From Vulcanimicrobiota bacterium (GTDB lineage: Bacteria > Vulcanimicrobiota > Vulcanimicrobiia > Vulcanimicrobiales > Vulcanimicrobiaceae): a stretch of DNA of 64,000 nucleotides. Position 1 is the first letter of the stretch. Each line of letters begins with the position of its first letter. The position numbers were made by a program, and so were the translations under genes. Location: assembly GCA_963812155.1 (NCBI GenBank), contig CAWETW010000002.1:96001-160000 (forward strand), given 5' to 3'. Below, one piece after another: positions 1-10,100 of this stretch. The notes beneath the pieces were generated by a model, which worked only from the letters and a program-made list of their open reading frames with translations, searched no databases and was not told where the DNA came from.

Positions 1-2
1 CA

Positions 3-722
3 AACTGGAAGATGCACAAGACGGCCGCACAGACGGCTGCCTTCTTCGACGCGTTCTTACCCGCCGTTGCGTCGGTTCCACCGGAGATCGAAATCGTCGT
101 CGCACCCCCGTTCACGTCCCTTCCGGAAGCGTGGCGCCACGTTCGCGGAACGCGGGTCCGGCTGGGCGCGCAGACGATGCATTGGGAACTCGAAGGCGCC
201 TTCACCGGTGAAGTGAGTGCGCCGATGCTGCTGGAATTCGGCGTCTCGCACGTGATCCTCGGACATTCGGAGCGGCGCACGTATTGCGACGAAACCGATC
301 GCAGCGTGAACCGCAAAGTGCACACCGCGCTCGCACAAGGATTGACGCCGATCGTTGCCGTCGGCGAAACCAACGCCGAACGCGAGGCCGGTCATACCGA
401 CGAGCGGGTCGTCTCGCAGACGCGCGCGGCCTTTGCCGGCGTGCCGGCGGCAGACCTCGCGCGCGTCGTGATGGCCTACGAACCGATCTGGGCGATCGGC
501 ACCGGCCGCAACTGCGACGCCGATGAAGCCGACCGCGTGATGGCGCTCATTCGTCGCTCGCTCGACGGACTGGCGCAGACGCCGCTGCTCTATGGCGGCA
601 GCATGAATGCCGGCAACGTCGCCGCGTACGTTCGTAAAGCGAACGTCAACGGGGGATTGGTCGGCGGCGCGTCGCTCGATCCAGCCGGCTTCGCGACCCT
701 CGCAGCTAACGCCGCAGAATGA
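3..722 (+). CDS. tpiA: Triosephosphate isomerase (5' truncated by window edge)
   Basis: NWKM at window start, GAFTGE, LGHSERR, AYEPIWAIGTG, YGGS, LVGGASL motifs. Confidence 0.97.
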   Translation, partial: NWKMHKTAAQTAAFFDAFLPAVASVPPEIEIVVAPPFTSLPEAWRHVRGTRVRLGAQTMHWELEGAFTGEVSAPMLLEFGVSHVILGHSERRTYCDETDRSVNRKVHTALAQGLTPIVAVGETNAEREAGHTDERVVSQTRAAFAGVPAADLARVVMAYEPIWAIGTGRNCDADEADRVMALIRRSLDGLAQTPLLYGGSMNAGNVAAYVRKANVNGGLVGGASLDPAGFATLAANAAE

Positions 723-2315
723 AGTTTCGGCCCGTCATCATCGCCGTGCTCGACGGATGGGGCTGCAGCGACGCAACCCATGGAAACGCCGTCGCCGCCG
801 CAGAGCTTCCGCATTGGCGCGCCCTGTTCGATCGCTATCCGTGGACGACGCTGGTGGCGTCCGGCGAAGCCGTCGGCCTTCCGAAAGGCATCATGGGCAA
901 CAGCGAGGTCGGGCACACCAATCTCGGCAGCGGACGCGTCGTCGCGCAGGGACAGGTGCTCATCGACGATGCAATCGCGAACGGCGATTTTGCGCGCAAT
1001 GCGGTCCTGCAGCAGTGCATCGCGCACGTTGCGCGCACCGGGGGCACGCTGCACCTCATGGGGTTGCTCTCCGACGGCCGCGTGCACAGTTCGCTCGAGC
1101 CATCTTTTCGCGCTGATCGATGCAGCGGTCGCTGCACGCGTTCCGCTGGCTGTGGATTGCTTTCTCGACGGGCGCGACACGCCGCCGCGCTCGGCGCTTC
1201 AATACGTCGACCGCTTGGAGAAACATCTCGCAGAACAAGACCGCACGGGCGCGATCGCGAGCGTCTGCGGACGCTACTACGCGATGGATCGCGACAAGCG
1301 TTGGGAACGCACGCAACGAGCGTACGCCGCGCTGACGTCGGGACGCGGCGAACGTCACGCAGCCTCGGCGCGCGACGCCGTCGAGGCCGCCTACGCCCGC
1401 GGTGAAGACGATGAGTTCGCCACGCCGGCGATCGTCGGCGATCCGCGACCGGTCAAAGACGGCGACGCCTGCATCTTCTTCAACTTTCGGCCGGATCGCG
1501 CGCGGCAGCTCACGACCGCGTTCGACGCCGGCATCCAGGCCTATCGCGGCGCGCCGTTCGACGAATTCGAACCGGTTGCGTATCGCGACGTGCTCTTCGC
1601 TACGATGACGAAGTACGAAGAAGACTATCCCAATCCGGTGCTCTTCGGACCGCGACCGCAACACGACACCTTCGGTGAGATCGTGGCACGCGCCGGGCTG
1701 CGTCAACTTCGGCTCGCCGAAACCGAGAAGTACGCGCACGTCACCTACTTCTTCAACGGCGGTCGAGAGGAGCGGTTCGCCGGCGAAGACCGGCGGCTGA
1801 TTCCCTCGGACCGGTCGGTGGCGACCTACGATCTCGCGCCTGCCATGCGCGCGGCTGAAATCACCGATACCGCCGTCGAGGCGATCGACGGCGGCGAGTA
1901 CGACGTCATCGTGATGAATTACGCCAACGCCGACATGGTCGGTCACACGGGAAAATGGGAGCCGACGATCCGCGCGCTCGAGATTCTCGACGGCTGCCTG
2001 CATCGGCTCGTCGAAGCAACGCTCCGTGCCGGAGGTCTACTGGTCATCACCGCCGATCACGGCAATGCCGAAGAGAAGATCGATGCCGGCGGAAATCCGC
2101 TGACGGCGCACACGACCAATCGCGTTCCGCTGATCTTCGTCGCGTGCGGCCTCGAAGGCACGCTCGAAGAAGGAAAACTGGGCGACGTCGCGCCGACGGT
2201 ACTGCGTCTCATGGATCTTCCCGTCCCGCCCGCCATGACGGGCAAGAATCTTTTTACGCCGGACGCTCAAATCTCAGGCGGTCCTATGGATACTTCCAGA
2301 ACCGTACCAGGTTGA
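719..2315 (+). CDS. gpmI: 2,3-bisphosphoglycerate-independent phosphoglycerate mutase, frameshifted near 1100
   Basis: LDGWG, MGNSEVGH, SDGRVHS in one frame; FLDGRD, GRYYAMDRD, NFRPDRARQ, AETEKYAHVT, DMVGHTG, TADHGNAE in the next; one extra C at ~1100 (gag-c-cat). Confidence 0.93.
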
Positions 2316-2352
2316 CGTGATGTAATCGGAACACTCGAAGGGAGAGTGTTCG

Positions 2353-2469
2353 ATGCGCAAGCGGGTCGCGGAATGTCTCGACGAAGTCGCAATCGCCAAA
2401 GTCATGGTGTCCTTCGTCTTCCTGGGAGCGGGCACGGTGGCGGTTGCGCTCGCCGCCCACGTTCGCTGA
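2353..2469 (+). CDS. Putative 38-aa single-TM small protein
   Basis: GAAGGGAG RBS, ATG...TGA; MRKRVAECLDEVAIAKVMVSFVFLGAGTVAVALAAHVR; not in ORF track. Confidence 0.5.
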   Translation: MRKRVAECLDEVAIAKVMVSFVFLGAGTVAVALAAHVR

Positions 2470-2483
2470 GGAGTAGCCGGCGT

Positions 2484-2792
2484 TCATGCATCGACACGAT
2501 AACTGCCGCTTGCATCCACGTGCACCCGCCGGCCGGATACGATGATGCAGCGAAGGCGATGGTCCCACACGGTGAGGACTGCGACGACGGCGGGCGCGAG
2601 GCGCTCCAGCAAACGGCGCGCGCGCTGCGATAAGGCAACGGCGTCGCGCACCCAGCGCGGATGGTCGTGCGGCAACCCGGTGGTTTCGAGATCGGTTTCG
2701 GCGACCGCGGGTACGATGGGCTCCGAAGCGCGCGCCCCGCCCGTCGCGGCGAGCGTTGCGGCGACCTCTTCAGGTTCAATCCGCCGCAGCAT
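2484..2792 (-). CDS. Hypothetical protein (102 aa) downstream of fliA
   Basis: ATG at 2792 overlaps the sigma gene end, same strand. Confidence 0.5.
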   Translation of the reverse strand: MLRRIEPEEVAATLAATGGARASEPIVPAVAETDLETTGLPHDHPRWVRDAVALSQRARRLLERLAPAVVAVLTVWDHRLRCIIVSGRRVHVDASGSYRVDA

Positions 2793-3459
2793 ACGCCCCG
2801 GCACGCAGTTTAGCGAGCGCTGCGAGATGGAGTTGCGAGGCGCGCTGTGGAGATATCGCCATCTGTTTGCCGATCGCACGCAGCGAGCGTCCGCGATAGT
2901 AGTGTGCGAGCACGACGTCGCGCTGCCGTTGCGGAAGCCGGTCGACGAGCGCGTACAGGGCGTCGCTGCGGTTGCGCGATGCGAGAATGCGCGCGGGATC
3001 GTCGCTCCAGTCGCCCGCCAGCGTTTCGCCCTGCGGGAGCGGTGCGTCGAGCGACAGCGGCTGTCCGCAATGCGCCGCGGCCATCGCACGCAGATATCCG
3101 GGGCGGCGCCGATCGATTTCCGCGGCGGCCGGAATCTCGCCGCGTTCCACCGCCAAGCCGTACCGCTCGTTTTCGGCGTCCCGCACGATGCGCCGCGCCC
3201 GCTCAGAAACGGGATCCATGCGACGTATGCCGTTGAGCATCGCACCGACGACGAGCCGCCGCGCGTACTGCTGCAACGTCGGACCGCGCGCGGGGTCGAA
3301 CGAATCGACGGCGCGAATTAACCCAATGCTGCCGTCACCCACCAAATCGTCGAGGTCGAATCCGGGCACGAGACGCTTAATGCGCCGAGCGATGCGTTTG
3401 ACGTAAGGCAACAGCGTGCGAATCGTCCGCTCGCGGGTCGCCTCAGCCTGATTCATCAA
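2776..3459 (-). CDS. fliA: Sigma-28 family (FliA/WhiG-like) RNA polymerase sigma factor
   Basis: DDLVGDGSIGLIRAVDSFDP region 2, PLSLD, region 4 HTH (IGKQMAISPQRASQLH); next to flg genes. Confidence 0.8.
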   Translation of the reverse strand: MMNQAEATRERTIRTLLPYVKRIARRIKRLVPGFDLDDLVGDGSIGLIRAVDSFDPARGPTLQQYARRLVVGAMLNGIRRMDPVSERARRIVRDAENERYGLAVERGEIPAAAEIDRRRPGYLRAMAAAHCGQPLSLDAPLPQGETLAGDWSDDPARILASRNRSDALYALVDRLPQRQRDVVLAHYYRGRSLRAIGKQMAISPQRASQLHLAALAKLRAGAYAAAD

Positions 3460-3641
3460 TCCTGCTCCAGAGCCGTACCGATGAGCCGTGCGAAAGCGCT
3501 CCCGTCTTTCTCGGCGATCTCGCGCGCAAGTAAATTGAGACCGTACCCTCCGAACTCGCCGAACGCTGCGTTCAGCGGCTGCAGCACCGGTTCCAGCAGC
3601 ATCGCTTCGAACGCCGCTCCGGCTCTCGCGGCGTTATCCAC
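3456..3641 (-). CDS. Small FlgJ-like rod-binding protein (61 aa)
   Basis: AAFEAMLL motif like the FlgJ N-terminal domain; GTG overlaps flgG stop. Confidence 0.5.
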   Translation of the reverse strand: MDNAARAGAAFEAMLLEPVLQPLNAAFGEFGGYGLNLLAREIAEKDGSAFARLIGTALEQD

Positions 3642-4362
3642 GTTGTAAGTTGTTGGCAATACGAAGCATCTCGTCCGCGGCTTGTACGCCTTTCGCGTTT
3701 GCTTCATACGCGCGCTGCGCCGAGAGAATTTGCATCATCGCTTCGACGATGGATACGTTCGAGCGCTCGAGCATTCCGAAGCGGACCTTCGGGCCGTTCT
3801 CCGACCCGGGAACCACCAAACGCACGCGTCCGGCCTCCGGCGTCGCGGCAAACGACGCACCGCCTGTGTTTCGCAGGCGGTCGGACGCGGGAAACACGGC
3901 GATGCGGATGCGTCCAATCGCGCGCGTTGCCGCGGCAAACGTGGCGCGCACGCTGCCGTCGTCCCCGACTTGCAGCGAAAGCGCGTCGGCGGGAACGCGG
4001 AGGCCGTCGAGGCGAAGGCCGTCTGCATTGCGCAGCGTCCCATCCGCGGCGCGCTCGAACTCACCGTCGCGCGTGTACGCGCGGCGACCGGCGCCGTCGA
4101 TGACGCTGAAGAATCCCGGCCCGTCGATGGCGAGGTCGAACGCGCCGCCGCTCTTTGCAAGTTTTCCCTGCGTCATGAGGAGGCGCGCACCGAGCGCGAC
4201 CGTCCCGAGCCCCGATTCTCCCGCCGCCGCCAACTCGGCAAAGTGCTGCGCCGATCCCTTGAAGCCGGCGACGTCGGCGTTGGCGAGATTGTCGGCGATC
4301 GTATCCAGGTTCTGCTGTTGAGCCGCCATGCCGCTGGCGGCGGCCGACAACGCGCGATCCAT
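3634..4362 (-). CDS. flgG: Flagellar basal-body rod protein FlgG-like
   Basis: SGMAAQQ...IADNLANAD, DLAIDGPGFF, YTRDGEF, LERSNVSIVEAM...QRAYEANAK. Confidence 0.88.
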   Translation of the reverse strand: MDRALSAAASGMAAQQQNLDTIADNLANADVAGFKGSAQHFAELAAAGESGLGTVALGARLLMTQGKLAKSGGAFDLAIDGPGFFSVIDGAGRRAYTRDGEFERAADGTLRNADGLRLDGLRVPADALSLQVGDDGSVRATFAAATRAIGRIRIAVFPASDRLRNTGGASFAATPEAGRVRLVVPGSENGPKVRFGMLERSNVSIVEAMMQILSAQRAYEANAKGVQAADEMLRIANNLQRG

Positions 4363-4366
4363 GCGT

Positions 4367-4975
4367 CTACTTCACGCGCGCGACGTCGGTCGCGGATTTC
4401 TCGCGCGTCTTGTCGATCGACGAAACGACCTTCTGCGCGCTTTCGAACGAACGCTCCGCCGACATCACGTCGACCATTTCGTGGATGGCGTCGACGCTCG
4501 CCGATTCGAGAAAACCGCTGCGAAGCGTGGACCCGGCGGGAAGCGGAATGCGCCCGATCACCGCTCCTGCGGCATCGAGCGCGCACCCGCGCTCGTCGAA
4601 GCGCACCGCTTCGGGAACGCGAATCGCTCGTACTCCCGCCATGAGTTTTCGCCCGGAAGCATCGCTCAGCGTGCCGTCGCGTTCGCGGGTGAAGGATCCG
4701 GCGCGCGTACCGGTTCGGGCGCCGCCGGAAGCCTCGACCTCAAAACTGCCGGGACCGACGATCGACAGGTCGAGATCGCGCCCGGTGCGTTGCAACGGTC
4801 CGCGCCCCGCCGGGTCGATGCGGCGCGCGACGTTCACGCCTTCGGCCGTCAGCCTTCCTTGCGCGACGACGCGCGCGAATCCGTCGGTCGAAACGTTGGC
4901 CAAGTTTGCGGTCGCGATCTCGAGGCGCGTGCGCGCGGCGACCATTGCGCTGCCGGCCCATGCAATTCCGTCCAT
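4367..4975 (-). CDS. flgF: Flagellar basal-body rod protein FlgF-like (short)
   Basis: NLANVSTDGF, TGRDLDLSIVGPG, TRAGSF, LESASVDAIHEMV. Confidence 0.75.
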   Translation of the reverse strand: MDGIAWAGSAMVAARTRLEIATANLANVSTDGFARVVAQGRLTAEGVNVARRIDPAGRGPLQRTGRDLDLSIVGPGSFEVEASGGARTGTRAGSFTRERDGTLSDASGRKLMAGVRAIRVPEAVRFDERGCALDAAGAVIGRIPLPAGSTLRSGFLESASVDAIHEMVDVMSAERSFESAQKVVSSIDKTREKSATDVARVK

Positions 4976-5017
4976 GGAGCGCATGGTAGCCGCGCGCGTT
5001 GAACGAAACGTGTCCGC

Positions 5018-5389
5018 ATGATAGCGTCCGTGCGGCGCCGCTTCGCCCTGATCGCGTGCGTCTTGCCGTCGCTGGCCGCTTGCTCGTCGCCTTCCGCGCA
5101 CGAACGGACCGTCTCCACCGAGCTTGCGGCGATCGATCCGCTCAAAAAAACCTATTCGGGCGTACTGATGGGCTTCGACGTGCGTGGAGAAACGACGCTC
5201 CTCGCCAGCCTCGATTTACAGGCGTACATCGGTACCGACGACGACACCGACACCGCAATGCGCCGCGCGGTCGTCGAAGGCTGGCGGCGCGCCTGGGCGG
5301 CGGCGCATCCGAACGCGCACGCCACGCTCCACATCCGCTTCATCGATTTCACCGGACGCACGATTGCGGAGAAGACGACGGCCGTTTAA
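5018..5389 (+). CDS. Hypothetical lipoprotein
   Basis: Signal peptide with LAAC lipobox. Confidence 0.65.
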   Translation: MIASVRRRFALIACVLPSLAACSSPSAHERTVSTELAAIDPLKKTYSGVLMGFDVRGETTLLASLDLQAYIGTDDDTDTAMRRAVVEGWRRAWAAAHPNAHATLHIRFIDFTGRTIAEKTTAV

Positions 5390-6362
5390 CGACGCGGCCG
5401 TCGCGACCGCCGCCGCCGTGATGGCGTTGACGCTTGCGACGCACGCCGCTCGCTCGCAACCGCCCCAACCCGCCACGGCGCCGCCGTCACCGCCGGTCGC
5501 GCAACTCGGCGTCGAGATACCGACGCTGGGCGGCGGAAACTGGTGGACCGTGTTGCGCCCGCGTTACATCTCGCCGGAGAACATGCAGGACATTCGCGAT
5601 CGTCTCCACGCGAGCTACGTCCGCACGGGCTGGATTCCGAGCCGGCTGCGCCACGAGATTCGTTGGCGCCGCGAAGACGACGGCATGGACGTTGTCTGCG
5701 CGTCCGGCCTTCATCTGATGGCGATCGTTCCGAGCCTCAAGGACGACGATCTCGGCGAGGACGATCTGGTCCAGAACGTGCGCGAGTTCTTCGCGCGATA
5801 CACGCAGCGGTATCCAGGATGCATTCGTTATGCCGAAATCGCCAACGAAGCCGATCTCCAGATCAGTCGCTTCCCGGACGTCGAGGCGTATGCGGAATAC
5901 TACGGCAAGGTCGCGCCGATCGTCGCATCGTTCGGCATTCCCGTCATTACGAGCGGCGTTTCCGGTAAAGATCTGCCGTGGACGTACGCGCTCGCGCACT
6001 TGCTACGGGATGCGGACGCTCCGGTAGACGGATACGGTTTCCACCCCTACGGCGTCGCCATCGGCGATCTCGCCGGCGCGACCAACGCGATCGCACGCGC
6101 CGCCGCGGTGCGGCAAGACGCCTCTTTACCGAGCGTGTACGTGACCGAAATCGGGCAATCGGACGCGCGCGATCTGTACGCGACGATCGTCGAGCTCGCG
6201 CGCCTGACGCCCGCGATCACGATCTACGAATATGCGGCGCAGCCGGGCGAAGACCCGCGTTATGGATTGAAGAACAATCCCGCGCTCTATGCTGCGGTGC
6301 AGCGCGCGTGGTCGGCGCTGCATGGCGGCACCTGCGGCCACACCGGGCGTGCGGGCCACTAG
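5364..6362 (+). CDS. Secreted clan GH-A-like glycoside hydrolase (start uncertain)
   Basis: Signal-like N-terminus, Pro-rich linker, EIANE acid/base, GFHPY, YVTEIG nucleophile. Confidence 0.6.
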   Translation: MRRRRRPFNDAAVATAAAVMALTLATHAARSQPPQPATAPPSPPVAQLGVEIPTLGGGNWWTVLRPRYISPENMQDIRDRLHASYVRTGWIPSRLRHEIRWRREDDGMDVVCASGLHLMAIVPSLKDDDLGEDDLVQNVREFFARYTQRYPGCIRYAEIANEADLQISRFPDVEAYAEYYGKVAPIVASFGIPVITSGVSGKDLPWTYALAHLLRDADAPVDGYGFHPYGVAIGDLAGATNAIARAAAVRQDASLPSVYVTEIGQSDARDLYATIVELARLTPAITIYEYAAQPGEDPRYGLKNNPALYAAVQRAWSALHGGTCGHTGRAGH

Positions 6363-6994
6363 TCGAGCGAAAGCGACGGAGCCTCGAAGCCTTCAGCGCT
6401 CAGTTCCGGCAACGGCTTCCCTGCAACGAGCGTCACCGGTATGACGCCGGCCCAGCAGGGCCAGCTGAGATCGCCCGGATCGTCAACCGGCGGCCCGGTG
6501 CGAACCTTCGCCGACGCCTCGTTCAGCGGCATCCGAACGATCCTCGTCAACGCCAGCTCTTTCTGCGTCACCGGTCGCAGGGCGTTCCAGCGATTGGGCA
6601 CCAGCCGCTCGACGAACGCGCGCAGCACGCGCTCTTTTTCCGCTGCATCGGTGACGGGCTCCGGCCGTCCCACGATTGCGACCGACCGATAGTTGACGCT
6701 GTGGTGGAATGCGGAGCGCGCCAGCACGACGCCGTCGAAATGCATCACCGTAACGCACGCTTCCGAGTCGCAGAGCGCCGACAACAGCCGGCTGTCCTGC
6801 GAGCCGTGGAGATAGACGCGGTCGTCTTCCCGCCAATACAGCATCGGAATTACCATCGGAGCGCCGTCTCGAACGATGCCGACGCTGCAGACGAAACCGG
6901 CGTCGAGAATGCCGGCGATCGTGCGTGCGTCGTACGCGCCGCGTTTGGGGAGCCGCCGAACGCGCGTGCGTTCGGACGCCGGTTTTACGTCCAC
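6359..6994 (-). CDS. Pyridoxamine 5'-phosphate oxidase-like flavin-binding protein
   Basis: LYWR..YLHGS, DGVVLARSAFHHSVNYRS, SAKVRTGPP, WAGVIP. Confidence 0.88.
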   Translation of the reverse strand: MDVKPASERTRVRRLPKRGAYDARTIAGILDAGFVCSVGIVRDGAPMVIPMLYWREDDRVYLHGSQDSRLLSALCDSEACVTVMHFDGVVLARSAFHHSVNYRSVAIVGRPEPVTDAAEKERVLRAFVERLVPNRWNALRPVTQKELALTRIVRMPLNEASAKVRTGPPVDDPGDLSWPCWAGVIPVTLVAGKPLPELSAEGFEAPSLSLD

Positions 6995-7974
6995 AGCAGG
7001 ACGTTTCCGGCGGTCACCAGTCCGCCGCCGAAGCCCACCAGCAGCAGCCGCTGCCCCGGACGAACGCGTCCGTCGCGCACCGCCGGCACGAGCGCGAGCG
7101 GAATCGAAACTGCCGAGGTGTTGCCGTACTCCTCGACGCTCAGCAGCGTGCGCTCGATCGGAAACGGCAGGCGCTTGTCGAGCGCTTCGATCATGCGCAT
7201 GTTGGCACTATGCGGCACGAACCAATCGATGTCGCCGAGCGTGAGGCCGGCGCGGTCGAGAATGCGGAAAACGGCGAGCGGCACGTTTTCCATCACCCAG
7301 CGATAGACGGCCGAACCCTCTTGGCGCAGGAGCCGCGACGTGTCCACGACGCCGTTGATTTCGGTACGCAATCCGGTTCGGTAGAGAAACTTTCCACCGT
7401 TGCCGTCGGCACCCGCGTCCATGCCGAAGATCGCCGGCTGCTCGCTGTACTCGACGAGCGCGGCGCCGGCGCCGTCGCCGAAAAGGACGGCGGTCGAGCG
7501 ATCGGTGTAGTCGACGGATCGCGTCAGCGCGTCGGCGACGATCACGAGCGCGCGACGTATTTGTCCCGTGCCGATCAATCCGGCGGCGAGATTGAGCCCG
7601 TACGCGAAGCCGGCGCAGGCCGTGCTGATGTCGAGGGCGCCGACGGTTCGCGGAAGCCCGTAATGGGCTTGCAGCATCGCCGAGACGCTGGGATAGGCGT
7701 AGTCCGGCGTCGACGAGCCGACGATCAAATAGTCGACGTCCGCGATCGCGACGTCGCGATGGTGTGCGAGAAGATCGTCGATGGCGGCGATCGCCAAGTG
7801 GCTCGTGTGCTGGTCGTCGGCGACGCGGCGGCGGCGGCGAATGCCCGTTCGTTTGACGATCCATTCGTCGCTGGTGTCGAGTTGTTGCTCGAAATCCGCA
7901 TTGGCGACGACCCGTTCCGGCGTATACATGCCCAGGGCCGCGATGCGGGCCCGAGCGCTGACGATCGTGTGCAT
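6985..7974 (-). CDS. fabH: 3-oxoacyl-ACP synthase III
   Basis: DTSDEWI.RTGI, ACAGF, LFGDGAGA, PHSAN, GNTSA, GFGGG. Confidence 0.93.
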   Translation of the reverse strand: MHTIVSARARIAALGMYTPERVVANADFEQQLDTSDEWIVKRTGIRRRRRVADDQHTSHLAIAAIDDLLAHHRDVAIADVDYLIVGSSTPDYAYPSVSAMLQAHYGLPRTVGALDISTACAGFAYGLNLAAGLIGTGQIRRALVIVADALTRSVDYTDRSTAVLFGDGAGAALVEYSEQPAIFGMDAGADGNGGKFLYRTGLRTEINGVVDTSRLLRQEGSAVYRWVMENVPLAVFRILDRAGLTLGDIDWFVPHSANMRMIEALDKRLPFPIERTLLSVEEYGNTSAVSIPLALVPAVRDGRVRPGQRLLLVGFGGGLVTAGNVLLWT

Positions 7975-7983
7975 CGCGAGCGC

Positions 7984-9054
7984 CTACAGCCGCGACGCGA
8001 CGGCGCCGGCGAACGCCTGCGTCGAGAGTGCCGGCGACGCGCCGGCAAGATCGGCGGTACGCGCGCCGGCAGCATAGGTGAGTTCGACGGCGCGTTCGAT
8101 GCGCGCGGCGTTGGCTTCGTCGTCCAAACTGTGACGCAGGAGCATCGCGGCGGACAAAATCGCCGCGGTCGGATTGGCGACGCCGCGGCCGGCGATGTCG
8201 GGAGCGCTGCCTCCGACCGGCTCGTAGAGCCCGAAGCGGCGCCCCGGCGTCCCGCGCGTGCCTAGGCTCGCGCTCGGAAGCGTGCCGATCGATCCGGTGA
8301 GGATCGCGGCTTCGTCGGAAAGGATGTCGCCGAACATGTTCTCCGTCACGATCACGTCGAATTCGCCGGGCCTGCGCACCAGTTGCATCGCGGCGTTGTC
8401 GACGAGGAGATGGCTGCACGCAACGTCGGGATAATCGTTCGACACCCGATCCACGACCCGCCGCCACAGCCGGGACGTCTCCAGAATGTTTTGCTTGTCG
8501 ACCGACGTCAGCCGCTTGCGCCGAACGCGAGCCGACTCGAACGCGACGCGAGCGATCCGCTCGATCTCGGGAGCGCGATAGATCATCGTGTCGACTGCCT
8601 CCTCGACGCCGTCGACGCAACGCTGCTCCTTCGGCATGCCGTAGTAGATGCCGCCGGTCAGTTCGCGCACGACCATCATATCCAGTCCACGCACGAGTTC
8701 GGGTTTGAGGGTCGAGGCATCCTCGAGACCCGGAAAGACGCGCACGGGGCGCAGGTTGGCGAAGAGTTCGTAGTCGCGGCGCAGCAGGAACAGCGCGTGC
8801 TCCGGACGTTCCGGCAGCGGTTTGCCGTCGTACTTCGGAAGGCCGACGCTGCCGAAGAGGATCGCCGCGCTGCCGTCGCAGAGCGCTCGCGTCGCCGGCG
8901 GCAACGCGGGCTCGCCGGCCTCCAGCGCGGCTGCACCGGCAACGCCTTCGACGCACTTGACGTCGGGACGAACGTGCCGCAACACCGCGACTGCGGCGCG
9001 CGTGACTTCGGGTCCGATGCCGTCACCGGGAAGGACCGCAACGGTTTCGTTCAA
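7984..9054 (-). CDS. leuB: 3-isopropylmalate dehydrogenase
   Basis: [43 protein letters not shown]. Confidence 0.96.
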   Translation of the reverse strand: MNETVAVLPGDGIGPEVTRAAVAVLRHVRPDVKCVEGVAGAAALEAGEPALPPATRALCDGSAAILFGSVGLPKYDGKPLPERPEHALFLLRRDYELFANLRPVRVFPGLEDASTLKPELVRGLDMMVVRELTGGIYYGMPKEQRCVDGVEEAVDTMIYRAPEIERIARVAFESARVRRKRLTSVDKQNILETSRLWRRVVDRVSNDYPDVACSHLLVDNAAMQLVRRPGEFDVIVTENMFGDILSDEAAILTGSIGTLPSASLGTRGTPGRRFGLYEPVGGSAPDIAGRGVANPTAAILSAAMLLRHSLDDEANAARIERAVELTYAAGARTADLAGASPALSTQAFAGAVASRL

Positions 9055-9060
9055 TCCGGG

Positions 9061-9672
9061 CTAGTACACCGTGATGCGGGTCGTGTCGTCGCTCGGTGGA
9101 TCGCCCTTCTTCGGCGCCGGTTTGGCCGTCACGTCGAGGCGCTCGCCGTTGGGTTTGCCCGTGCCTTGCGCCGTTTTCGCCGCGGCCGGCGCCTCGGGTG
9201 CGACGGCGTCTTGCGAAAGCACCGGCGGCGCGACCTTCTCCACCAGCGCGAGGTGCGTCATAAGCAGGCTGCGCAGTTCGCTTCGCGCCTTTTCGTTGGC
9301 TTCGACGGTGCGCTGGTGCTCGCGGCGAACTTCCGCGATGGCATCGTTGTAGTTGGCGATCTCGCGTTCGGCCTCGAGCCGGGCCTTTTCGCGAATCAAA
9401 TCCGCCTCTTTGTGCGCGGACGCTTTGGTTTCATCGGCCGTGCGCTGCGCGAGCACGAGTGTGTTTTGCAGCGATTCTTCCATCGCTTTGAAGTGACTGA
9501 TCCGTTCTTTGAGATCCGCGATTTCGGCCTCGAGCGCGGCGCGATGCTGCGCTTCGTCCTCGAGCGACTCGATGACCTCGTCGAGAAATCCGTCGACCTC
9601 AGTGCGGTCGTATCCCTGCAGCGCCTTTTTGAAGCTCTTGTGCTGAATGTCGATCGCGGTAATTTTTTCCAT
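9061..9672 (-). CDS. divIVA: DivIVA domain protein
   Basis: ITAIDIQHKSFKKALQGYDRTEVDGFL followed by coiled coil; after sepF. Confidence 0.9.
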   Translation of the reverse strand: MEKITAIDIQHKSFKKALQGYDRTEVDGFLDEVIESLEDEAQHRAALEAEIADLKERISHFKAMEESLQNTLVLAQRTADETKASAHKEADLIREKARLEAEREIANYNDAIAEVRREHQRTVEANEKARSELRSLLMTHLALVEKVAPPVLSQDAVAPEAPAAAKTAQGTGKPNGERLDVTAKPAPKKGDPPSDDTTRITVY

Positions 9673-9683
9673 CCCTTGGTATC

Positions 9684-10100
9684 TCACGTTCTGTTCGACA
9701 TGAAGTCGAGGCTGCCGTCGGCCATCATCGACTCGCGCAATCCGGCCGCATTGACGACGACGCCGGCCGGTACGACGAGGTAAATGGCTTCGGCCAATTT
9801 TTGAATTCTTCCGTCGATCGTATACGCCACGCCGGAAGTGAAATCGACGACGCGCTGCAGCAGCATACGGTCGGCGTTCTGAAGGTTGACGATGACGACC
9901 TGGCGATTGCGCAGCGAGTCGGCAATCTCGACGACGTCTTGGTAACCGCGTGGCGAGTAGACGCTCACTTCCGTGCCGCCCCGGCGGCCGGCGTGCGAAA
10001 GCGGGACGACGCGCGGATTGCCGGCGTACTCCTCCTCGTACGCATCGTCTTCGTCGTCGCGTATCGAAAAGAACGATCCGATCTTGCTGAAAACGCTCAT
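9684..10100 (-). CDS. sepF: Cell division protein SepF
   Basis: IADSLR...VIVNL, RVVDFTSGVAYTIDG; between yggS and divIVA. Confidence 0.92.
   Translation of the reverse strand: MSVFSKIGSFFSIRDDEDDAYEEEYAGNPRVVPLSHAGRRGGTEVSVYSPRGYQDVVEIADSLRNRQVVIVNLQNADRMLLQRVVDFTSGVAYTIDGRIQKLAEAIYLVVPAGVVVNAAGLRESMMADGSLDFMSNRT

Noticed and set aside
1095..1105. Programmed ribosomal frameshift in gpmI
   Set aside because: No slippery heptamer or stimulatory structure; similar +C indels elsewhere point to error
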